The position numbers and the translations under genes were made by a program. Positions 27,418 to 38,433 of a stretch of 64,000 bases of DNA are shown in pieces. The stretch is from Eledone cirrhosa. Lineage: Eukaryota. The first letter of the stretch is position 1. Every line of letters starts with the position of its first letter. The DNA is taken from NCBI GenBank assembly GCA_964016885.1, contig OZ024745.1, positions 43,090,001-43,154,000 of the forward strand. Reading direction: 5' to 3'. The notes below the pieces were generated by a model. It searched no databases. It was not told the origin of the DNA and saw nothing but the letters and a program-made list of their open reading frames with translations.

Positions 27418-27425
<8 letters not shown>
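23652..27425 (+). mobile_element. Penelope-like retroelement (Neptune-like), RT + GIY-YIG endonuclease, with long 3' UTR
   Basis: LSKGLKFTPTP, IKEADKG, YGLPKIHK, LRPIV, SFDVVNLYT, GTAMGTKAAPTYANL, WKRYLDD, LPFLD, CGRSNCGTC linker, IYAIKC..C...YIGQT...R...H. Coding 23891-26220 with two +1 frameshifts. The 3' end carries a hammerhead motif and runs into (AT)n. The 5' boundary is uncertain. Confidence 0.95.
27249..27286 (+). ncRNA. minimal type I hammerhead ribozyme, U3-A8 core variant
   Basis: cctt-TTGAAAA-gcag aagaa ctgc-GAAA-c cg g-TA-aagg; an identical motif lies inverted at 63924-63961. Confidence 0.7.
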
Positions 27426-27461
<36 letters not shown>

Positions 27462-27499
27462 TCGTTTTCGAATTTGTTTTGAGAGATTTCTTATCTCAC

Positions 27500-27722
27500 A
27501 ACACACAAAAACAAGATGGTGTAGGACAGAACAAAGGAGAGACACAAAATAAAATCCTAGTCACTGAGGAGGTCACAGAATGTGTTACGAAAGAGCTTTG
27601 ACAATATATAAACAACCTTCCGAACCAACCAACCAAACGAAAACATAATAAATTGAAGTGAAAACCAACAGGTGCGTGTGTGTTTTTTTTTTGGCAGCAT
27701 GACCCTCCCAAAGTATTTGTTA
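27500..27722 (+). mobile_element. 3' end of PLE family 2 (diverged), with hammerhead-like motif 27560-27602
   Basis: Homologous to 31147-31394 and to the 3' UTR of the PLE fragment at 60765-61720; gtca-CTGAGGA-g gtcac..gtgttac-GAAA-gagc-TT-tgac. Confidence 0.7.
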
Positions 27723-27764
27723 TATATAAATATATATATATGTGTGTGTGTGTGTATTTGTATC

Positions 27765-28060
27765 ATCATCATCAACGTTTTACGTCCGTTCTTCCACGCT
27801 AGCATGGGTTAAAGGGGATGTCTTGTTGTGGGCAGTGTCCGGTCGGCTGACCTTGCCTTGCTCATACGGGAACTGATTCTGGCTTGCTTTCTACAGCTGG
27901 ATGCCCTTCCTAACACCAACCTCATTTACAGTGAGTGCTGGGTACTTTTTTCTGTGGCGCCTCCACGACCACTTTGCAGTAGGAGGGTGTGGGGGCATAT
28001 TGTCTATATGCTTCAGCTTCGGCTTGTACCCGTGGGGGGTCGGGTCTTCTGTATTACTGG
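27765..28060 (-). mobile_element. SINE A-related subfamily
   Basis: Shares CTACAGCTGGATGCCCTTCCTAACACCAACC; different tail; near copy at ~43587-43935. Confidence 0.7.
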
Positions 28061-28389
28061 GTGTATATGTATATGAAGTGAAGCGAAGTTGTAAAAGATG
28101 AAAAAACACAACAAAATTTACTTTCCTTCTGTGATTAAAGGAAAGGAATATGATTACTACAAATCATAAAAGTTGAAGATGTTTTGTTTTTTTCGTTTTT
28201 TCTGAAATAGCGAGTGGCAAGCTATCGTTTGTTAGTAGTATTAGTAAGATAGTAGTCAAAGCCCAGTGACAAGCAAAAATAAAGTTTTTATTTTGGTAAA
28301 GAGAAAATTCTATGTGTGCAGGGATTCCAGGACAGCCTATTTATATTGACCGTTAGTTATTATTATTTTTTTTTTTTTATCAAAGATCA

Positions 28390-28636
28390 AAAGTGAGGAA
28401 AGCCTGTGCACTGAGCCAATCCCACTCTCTGAGCGACAGTAGCTATAACCCGAAAAGAAGAAAAGATCAACATCGTCGGTAACTACTGAGCCATAGGTTT
28501 TATATCGGAGTTATCCCAGTTTCCTGAGTTGCCTTCTACTAGAGGAATGCCCTAACAAAGGCTAGGGGCCCTACACTCCCAGTGGTTTAACAGCGCGATC
28601 GGGTGTCCAGCCCGACTATTTCTATGTCCCCGCGCA
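28390..28636 (-). mobile_element. RTE-5'UTR-related non-coding repeat (copy 1)
   Basis: ~245 bp, repeated at ~36365-36609; contains a CCTAGCCTTTGTTAGGGCA..CTAGTAGAAGGCAACTC motif related to 60315-60360; 5' end abuts TGTA-type repeats. Confidence 0.6.
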
Positions 28637-28709
28637 TATACATACACATGCACCCATGTATATACACATATACATATATATGTACATGTGTATATACATA
28701 TTTACACAC

Positions 28710-29378
28710 TTTTGGATGGCCGTTGACTCTTATGAGTTCTTCCGCCCTTTGTGAGGTTTTGTTTTTTGTCCTGCAGGGCGCCCAAAGTCACCCTCCCCAC
28801 CAAGTAAACTTGGTGGGGTTGCCGGTTTAGTCGCCGACGAGCCGACTATGCGACAGGTTGTACTGGGTTACATGTTACCAGTAGCACTCAAGAGTGACCC
28901 GACATACATACATACATACATACATACATACATACATACATACATACATACATACATACATACATGGTGGCTGCCAACTCGTTTTCGAGTACGGCCACTA
29001 CTTTATATCCATGTAGGAGAACCCCTACTGATGCGCTGAGCGAGTGTGACTTTTTAGTCCAGGCAGCGACTTGAAAACTCTGGCACAAACACTACACTTG
29101 TGACAATTACTGACACATAGTGCTGGGCCCATGGCACCATGTGACGACAAGTGCAGAGAGATCTCCAGATATAAAGCAATGCCTGTGCCGTGAAGCTTTT
29201 ATAGTGAGCAAAGGCACTGCACAAAGCCAGTCCCACTCTCTTAACCAAGATGATATTTACCAAAAAGAAGAACAAGTCAACATCATGGGATACCATCAAG
29301 GTTGCAGGTGTTATATCAGAGTTTTCCTTCTCCTAGAATTCTGCCTTGACAAAGGCTAAGGGGCCATCTCTCCAGGAA
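28710..29378 (-). mobile_element. RTE-derived non-autonomous element, permuted order (body + 3' end + (TGTA)n, then 5' end)
   Basis: Both halves are homologous to 60100-60640; includes a C..C.RVFKSL.GL.SH zinc-finger remnant and a (TGTA)n tail. Confidence 0.7.
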
Positions 29379-30003
29379 TATGTATATATATATCCACGCA
29401 TATATACATACATATACATATACATACATTTACATATATATATACATACATATACATATATATATATACATATACATATATATATATACACATATACATA
29501 CATATACATATATATATACATACATATACATATATATATACATACACATATATATACACACATATATATACACACATATACATACACATATACACACATA
29601 TACATACACATATACACATACATATATACATATATATACATACATATATACATATATATACACATATATACACATATATATATATATACACACATATATA
29701 CACACATATATATATATATACACACATATATACACACATATATATATACACACATATATATATACATATACATATATATATACATATACATACATATATA
29801 CATATACATATATATACATATATATATACATATATATATACATATATATATATACATATATATATACATATATATATATATATACATATATACACACATA
29901 TATATATACATATATACACACATATATATATACATATATACACACATATATATACATATACATATATATATATACATATATATACATATACATATATATA
30001 TAC

Positions 30004-30035
<32 letters not shown>

Positions 30036-30425
30036 ATACATATACATATATATATACATATACATATATTAATATACATATACATATATATATATACATA
30101 TACATATATATATACATATACATATATATATATATACATACATATATACATATATATATATATACATATATACATATATACATATACATATACATATACA
30201 TATACTTATATATATACACATACATATATACATATACATATATATATACACATACATATATATATATATATATACATATACACATACATATATACATATA
30301 CATATATACATACATATATACATATATACATACACATACATATATAGATATATATATATACATATATACATATATATATATATACATATATATATACATA
30401 TACATATATATATACATATATACAC

Positions 30426-30482
<57 letters not shown>

Positions 30483-30659
30483 CTTACATATATATACACT
30501 TACATATATATACACATACATATATATACATATATACATATATATATATACACACATATATATACATATATACATATACACACATACATATACATATATA
30601 TATATATACATATACATATATATATACATATACATATATACACATATACATATATACAC

Positions 30660-30716
<57 letters not shown>

Positions 30717-31146
30717 CATACATATATATATATACATATACATATATACACACACATATACATACACATACATACATATACATACACATACATACATATA
30801 CATACACATACATATATACATATACATACATATATATATATATATATACATACATATATATATATACACATATATACATACACATATATATATACACATA
30901 TATACATACATATATATATATATACACATATATACATACATATATATATATATACACATATATATACATACATATATATATATACACATATATATACATA
31001 CATATATATATATACACATATATATACATACATATATATATATATACACATATATACACATATATATATATACACATATATACACATATATATACATACA
31101 TATATATATATACACATATATATACATACATATATATATATATATA
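29379..31146. repeat. long compound (AT)n/(ATAC)n microsatellite
   Basis: ~1.8 kb of pure dinucleotide/tetranucleotide repeat; the Y/I/H/T ORFs are artefacts. Confidence 0.97.
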
Positions 31147-31450
31147 CAAAATGGCGTAGGACAGAACAAACGAGAGGCACAGAAACAAAGAAAGGAATCC
31201 CCAGTCACTGAAGAGGTCACAGAGTGTGTGACGAAAGAACTATGACAATATATAAACAACTATCTGGTTGTGGAACCAACCAACCAACCAACCAGAAATT
31301 TATAAATTTATAAATTTATTATAATAAATTGAAGTGAAAGCAACTGGTGCGTGTGTTTCTTATTGGCAACATGACCCTCCCAAAGTATAACAATATCGGT
31401 TTCAACACACGATTTCAGATAAAGAATCTTGCTAAACAAATTCAGAAACG
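31147..31450 (+). mobile_element. 3' end of PLE family 2 with hammerhead motif 31204-31246
   Basis: gtca-CTGAAGA-g gtcaca gagtg tgtgac-GAAA-g aa c-TA-tgac; close inverted match to 60765-60970. Confidence 0.75.
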
Positions 31451-31523
31451 ATATATATATATATACATTTTGTATATATATACCTATTGTATTAAATCTT
31501 TGTTTTTTTTCAATAAACAAATA

Positions 31524-31665
31524 TCATTATTTCTGAAGACAGCATATATATGTGTAGGTATGTATATTCCCTCTGATAGTTTATATAAATATTTTACATA
31601 GATCTATAGAATATGCATACCAACACTAACACATATATATCCTAGAAACGATCGTAAAATGATGA
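31524..31665 (+). ncRNA. type I hammerhead motif with long stem II (probably degenerate)
   Basis: tcattattt-CTGAAGA-cagc atatatatgtgt...acacatatatat ccta-GAAA-cg at cg-TA-aaatgatga; mismatches at the base of stem II. Confidence 0.6.
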
Positions 31666-31715
31666 ATTTTTTTTAATATAAGGAACTGTTTCTTTGTTTA
31701 TTCATTACTTTATTA

Positions 31716-31795
<80 letters not shown>

Positions 31796-31844
31796 GACGT
31801 AAAATAAGAAAATTATAAAAATTTACTTACTTACTAAAATTTCA

Positions 31845-31928
31845 CTCCAACTAATTAGTTTCTGAAAGGGAATAAACATGGTTTCCGATTGGAACAACAT
31901 GGAGAGATGTCCTTTCGTAATCAGGGAG
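31845..31928 (-). ncRNA. type I hammerhead motif, core-mutated (CUGAUUA)
   Basis: Minus: ctcc-CTGATTA-c gaaagg...cctttc a-GAAA-cta at tag-TT-ggag. Confidence 0.55.
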
Positions 31929-32011
31929 ATCTGTTCTCAGCTAAGTTCCCAGGCAAAGCGTGGACACAGGGAACTTATACGAAAATAATTCCGTGGATGG
32001 AAAAAAGCAAG

Positions 32012-32097
<86 letters not shown>

Positions 32098-32557
32098 CAT
32101 ACATATATATATATACACATATATATACATACATATATATATATACACATATATATACATACATATATATATATATATATATACACATATATATATACAT
32201 ACATATATATATATATATACACATATATATACATACACATATATATACATATATATATACATACATATATATAAATATATACATATATACACATATATAT
32301 ACATCTACACATATATATACATACATATATATATAATTAAGTTAAAGATGTACATCCATATATGTATACTGAAATACTAGTATGTATATGAATACACACA
32401 CGTATACATATGTAGATGTACCAAGTTTTTTTCACTGGTCACTTTACTGTGAGTGGCCAGCTATTCTGTATGTAAACACACAGACAAACCGGTTTTTAGA
32501 GTCATACTGGTTTTTGAGGAAACACCTTTCCTCTATTCTCCAGAAAGCCAGACAAGG

Positions 32558-32602
32558 AATATTGAACTAGTTTCGTTGTTGTTACAACTCATCAGCAATA
32601 TT
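32558..32602 (-). ncRNA. minimal type I hammerhead ribozyme (array unit 1; repeats at 33026, 33494, 33963, 34431)
   Basis: Minus: aatattg-CTGATGA-gttgt aaca acaac-GAAA-c ta g-TT-caatatt; complete canonical core, 7-bp stem I, palindromic stem III. Confidence 0.9.
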
Positions 32603-35046
32603 TACCTATCTTCCGGCCTCTCTAGAGAATCGTAAAAGCACATATCGTTATATGCTTTTTCTATGAAAATTAGTAGTGGGCAGACTAATTTGCATAGAGT
32701 GTGAGTAAGTACCGGTTCAACGGAGACGATAAAAACAAATAACGAAACGAAATTAAATTTCGTTTCGTTTGTAACTCACTTTTGTATGACTGACGCTTAA
32801 ACAATTAAGTTAAAGATGTACATCCATATATGTATACTGAAATACTAGTATGTATATGAATACACACACGTATACATATGTAGATGTACCAAGTTTTTTT
32901 CACTGGTCACTTTACTGTGAGTGGCCAGCTATTCTGTATGTAAACACACAGACAAACCGGTTTTTAGAGTCATACTGGTTTTTGAGGAAACACCTTTCCT
33001 CTATTCTCCAGAAAGCCTGACAAGGAATATTGAACTAGTTTCGTTGTTGTTACAACTCATCAGCAATATTTACCTATCTTCCGGCCTCTCTAGAGAATCG
33101 TAAAAGCACATATCGTTATATGCTTTTTCTATGAAAATTAGTAGTGGGCAGACTAATTTGCATAGAGTGTGAGTAAGTACCGGTTCAACGGAGACGATAA
33201 AAACAAATAACGAAACGAAATTAAATTTCGTTTCGTTTGTAACTCACTTTTGTATGACTGACGCTTAAACAATTAAGTTAAAGATGTACATCCATATATG
33301 TATACTGAAATACTAGTATGTATATGAATACACACACGTATACATATGTAGATGTACCAAGTTTTTTTCACTGGTCACTCTACTGTGAGTGGCCAGCTAT
33401 TCTGTATGTAAACACACAGACAAACCGGTTTTTAGAGTCATACTGGTTTTTGAGGAAACACCTTTCCTCTATTCTCCAGAAAGCCAGACAAGGAATATTG
33501 AACTAGTTTCGTTGTTGTTACAACTCATCAGCAATATTTACCTATCTTCCGGCCTCTCTAGAGAATCGTAAAAGCACATATCGTTATATGCTTTTTCTAT
33601 GAAAATTAGTAGTGGGCAGACTAATTTGCATAGAGTGTGAGTAAGTACCGGTTCAACGGAGACGATAAAAACAAATAACGAAACGAAATTAAATTTCGTT
33701 TCGTTTGTAACTCACTTTTGTATGACTGACGCTTAAACAATTAAGTTAAAGATGTACATCCATATATGTATACTGAAATACTAGTATGTATATGAATACA
33801 CACACGTATACATATGTAGATGTACCAAGTTTTTTTTCACTAGTCACTTTACTGTGAGTGGCCAGCTATTCTGTATGTAAACACACAGACAAACCGGTTT
33901 TTAGAGTCATACTGGTTTTTGAGGAAACACCTTTCCTCTATTCTCCAGAAAGCCAGACAAGGAATATTGAACTAGTTTCGTTGTTGTTACAACTCATCAG
34001 CAATATTTACCTATCTTCCGGCCTCTCTAGAGAATCGTAAAAGCACATATCGTTATATGCTTTTTCTATGAAAATTAGTAGTGGGCAGACTAATTTGCAT
34101 AGAGTGTGAGTAAGTACCGGTTCAACGGAGACGATAAAAACAAATAACGAAACGAAATTAAATTTCGTTTCGTTTGTAACTCACTTTTGTATGACTGACG
34201 CTTAAACAATTAAGTTAAAGATGTACATCCATATATGTATACTGAAATACTAGTATGTATATGAATACACACACGTATACATATGTAGATGTACCAAGTT
34301 TTTTTCACTGGTCACTCTACTGTGAGTGGCCAGCTATTCTGTATGTAAACACACAGACAAACCGGTTTTTAGAGTCATACTGGTTTTTGAGGAAACACCT
34401 TTCCTCTATTCTCCAGAAAGCCAGACAAGGAATATTGAACTAGTTTCGTTGTTGTTACAACTCATCAGCAATATTTACCTATCTTCCGGCCTCTCTAGAG
34501 AATCGTAAAAGCACATATCGTTATATGCTTTTTCTATGAAAATTAGTAGTGGGCAGACTAATTTGCATAGAGTGTGAGTAAGTACCGGTTCAACGGAGAC
34601 GATAAAAACAAATAACGAAACGAAATTAAATTTCGTTTCGTTTGTAACTCACTTTTGTATGACTGACGCTTAAACAATTAAGTTAAAAATGTACATCCAT
34701 ATATGTATACTGAAATACTAGTATGTATATGAAGTAAAGTGACCAGTAAAAAAAACTTGGTACATCTACATATGTATACGTGTGTGTATTCATATACATA
34801 CTAGTATTTCAGTATACATATATGGATGTACATCTTTAACTTAATTGTTTAAGCGTCAGTCATACAAAAGTGAGTTACAAACGAAACGAAATTTAATTTC
34901 GTTTCGTTATTTGTTTTTATCGTCTCCGTTGAACCGGTACTTACTCACACTCTATGCAAATTAGTCTGCCCACTACTAACTTTCATAGAAAAAGCATATA
35001 ACGATATGTGCTTTTACGATTCTCTAGAGAGGCCGGAAGATAGGTA

Positions 35047-35091
35047 AATATTGCTGATGAGTTGTAACAACAACGAAACTAGTTCAATATT
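35047..35091 (+). ncRNA. minimal type I hammerhead ribozyme (inverted unit)
   Basis: AATATTG CTGATGA GTTGT AACA ACAAC GAAA CTAG TT CAATATT read directly on the plus strand. Confidence 0.9.
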
Positions 35092-35385
35092 CCTTGTCTG
35101 GCTTTCTGGAGAATAGAGGAAAGGTGTTTCCTCAAAAACCAGTATGACTCTAAAAACCGGTTTGTCTGTGTGTTTACATACAGAATAGCTGGCCACTCAC
35201 AGTAAAGTGACCAGTGAAAAAAACTTGGTACATCTACATATGTATACGTGTGTGTATTCATATACATACTAGTATTTCAGTATACATATATGGATGTACA
35301 TCTTTAACTTAATTGTTTAAGCGTCAGTCATACAAAAGTGAGTTACAAACGAAACGAAATTTAATTTCGTTTCGTTATTTGTTTT

Positions 35386-36118
<733 letters not shown>

Positions 36119-36364
36119 ATGGTGGCTGCCAACTCGTTTTCGAGTACGACCACTACTTTATATCCATGTAGGAGAACCCCTACTGATGCGCTGAACGAGT
36201 GTGACATACATACATACATACATACATACATACATACATACATACATACATACATACATACATGATGGCTGCACCCTCCTTATCCAGTATGGCCGCTGCA
36301 CGATATACCATTATTAATAATTATTAATTAATTCTATCGTTCCTGTGCATGAAGATATTTTTTA

Positions 36365-36609
36365 AAGTGAGGAAAGACTGTGCACTGAGCCAATCCCACT
36401 CTGTGAGTGACAGTAGCTATAACCCGAAAAGAGGAAAAGATCAACATCATCGGTAACTACTGAGCCGCAGGTTTTATATCGGAGTTATCCCAGTTTCCTG
36501 AGTTGCCTTCTCCTAGAAGAATGCCCTAACAAAGGCTAGGGGTCCTACACTCCCAGTGGATTAACCGCGCGATCGGGTGTCCAGTCCGACTATTTCTATG
36601 TCCCCGCGC
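36365..36609 (-). mobile_element. RTE-5'UTR-related non-coding repeat (copy 2)
   Basis: Direct repeat of 28390-28636. Confidence 0.6.
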
Positions 36610-38124
36610 ATACATACATAAAATTTAATATAAAAATGGTCTCTACATGACTAGAACTGTTTCATTCGAAGGAAATCATCAGGAAAGCCAACTACCATTG
36701 TGGTGTGGTGGTATTTGTATGTTTTCTGGTAGTTGGGGAAGGTGGTGATTAGGATAAGTGGAAGTCATTGGCCAAGGGATTTTAAAGAATAGGGATTCTT
36801 TGATGATTTCCTTCGAATAAAACAGTTCTAGTCCCGTAGAAGCCACTTCTATACTAAATTTTGTATATACTCTACTATGTATTGAGTACCTTACTTACTG
36901 TGGTTACCTCCAATTGAACCCGGGACCCACATATATGTCATTACTACAACAGAGGTCCGACAAGCTTTTGATTCCAGAGTCGGGCCAGATCGATACAAAT
37001 CAAACCTTGAACTGATCAATAGTGAAACGCGCGTCACCAATCAATAAACGTAAAGAAGATTTAACAAATCGTTCTTGTACACCTTGCTACTGACGTGAAT
37101 CTAAACATCGAGTGTTAACCTGGGTGAACCTACAGTGACTTCACGTTACACTCCCTGGATATATACAACTCGTTTACATGTATGTGATTTGAAATAATTG
37201 TCTCAGTGATTAGGCTGCAGAAATGCGACAAACGTTTTCACTCCTTAAGAGAAATAAACAAAAACGAAATATAACTGTTCTTGTGTGTTCTTAAATGTAT
37301 AAAGCGATTCTTCAGCGATTTAATTGCTTAAGTTCAGCATACGGTCTCAGATCAAGTCTCTTGCTAAATAACTCCAGTATAAGCAATGGAGCGAAATTAT
37401 TCGTGCAATGAAGACATTCGTGGAACGCAAGAATTTGCGTAATGGAGAAATTCTTAGCATATTGTTTTCCGCCATACCTAGGATTGGACAGTTTACGTAA
37501 ATGCATTCACCTGTTTATGTCTGAGGATCATGAGGATTTCTAACAATTGAACACATAGATCATTTCTTTTCTTTCTTATTAGTTTGAAGTTACAAATCCA
37601 AATGCCATAGCTGTCAAAATTCAACACATGCACACTTATATCTCTGTTACTTAATTACATAAATAATTCACATAAAAAATATAGAATCAAAACGAAAGAA
37701 AATATTAAGTCAACAGTAAGCGTGTCAGTAGTCGGTCACACACCACAAGGCGTACCGGAGCCTCCCTCCAATACTTTTTGAGGCAAGTGATGGCGAGGCT
37801 AAGGTGCTAAAACAACCAAGCACCCTCACGGGCATCACTGTTACTCCGGTAAGCCGAGTCGCCAATGATTTCAAGAACCTCGTTGTCAGAAATGTATAAG
37901 GGAGAGAAATAATTGGTTAAATAAACTTCCAGTATATTACAGGCACGCACACATATTGTTATACTTTGGGAGGGCCATGCTGCCAATAAAAACACACACA
38001 CCTGTTTTCACGTGTGTTTTTATTGGCAGCATAACCCTCCCAAATATAACAATATCTGTTTCAACACACCTTTTCAGATAAGAAATCTTGCAAAACAAAT
38101 TAAAAAAACGAAATATATATATAT

Positions 38125-38252
38125 ATAGGAAAATGTTTAACCTCGACGGCAGAGCTCAAGCCGTTACAACGACTATTTCTGGACTAAATTTAGTCCAGAA
38201 ATAGCCGTCGAAACGGCTTGAGCTCTGCCGTCGTGGTTAAACATTTTCCTAT
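38125..38252. repeat. 128-bp near-perfect palindrome
   Basis: 64-bp arms, centre CTAAA|TTTAG with no spacer, 4 mismatches. Confidence 0.9.
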
Positions 38253-38328
38253 TACCCACTCTACTACCCTAAGTATTGAGTACTCTGGTGCGTTATGGTT
38301 CATCCGGTTCCTTTCCACACTTCCTTCG

Positions 38329-38433
<105 letters not shown>

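Larger units (their letters stand above)
32335..35385. repeat. 468-bp hammerhead-containing tandem array (candidate retrozyme), 5 direct units + partial, then ~1.4 inverted units
   Basis: Units start at 32335, 32803, 33271, 33739, 34208 and 34676 (partial); inversion junction at ~34733; units differ by only a few substitutions/indels; flanked by (AT)n on both sides. Confidence 0.95.

Noticed and set aside
29333-31259. Long Y/I/H/T/M/C/V-rich ORFs (also at 31.9-32.4, 35.3-36.3, 38.2-38.5 and 58.5-60.1 kb)
   Set aside because: Translations of (AT)n/(ATAC)n microsatellites, which lack stop codons.
32382-35267. Repeated 60-62 aa ORFs in the 468-bp array; CRISPR-like appearance
   Set aside because: Short ORFs with no recognisable motif that are antisense to the ribozyme. 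Units are identical throughout with no unique spacers and no cas genes, in eukaryotic DNA.
38195-38225. GAAAC half-site in the palindrome as a hammerhead
   Set aside because: No CUGANGA partner and stem III cannot pair.
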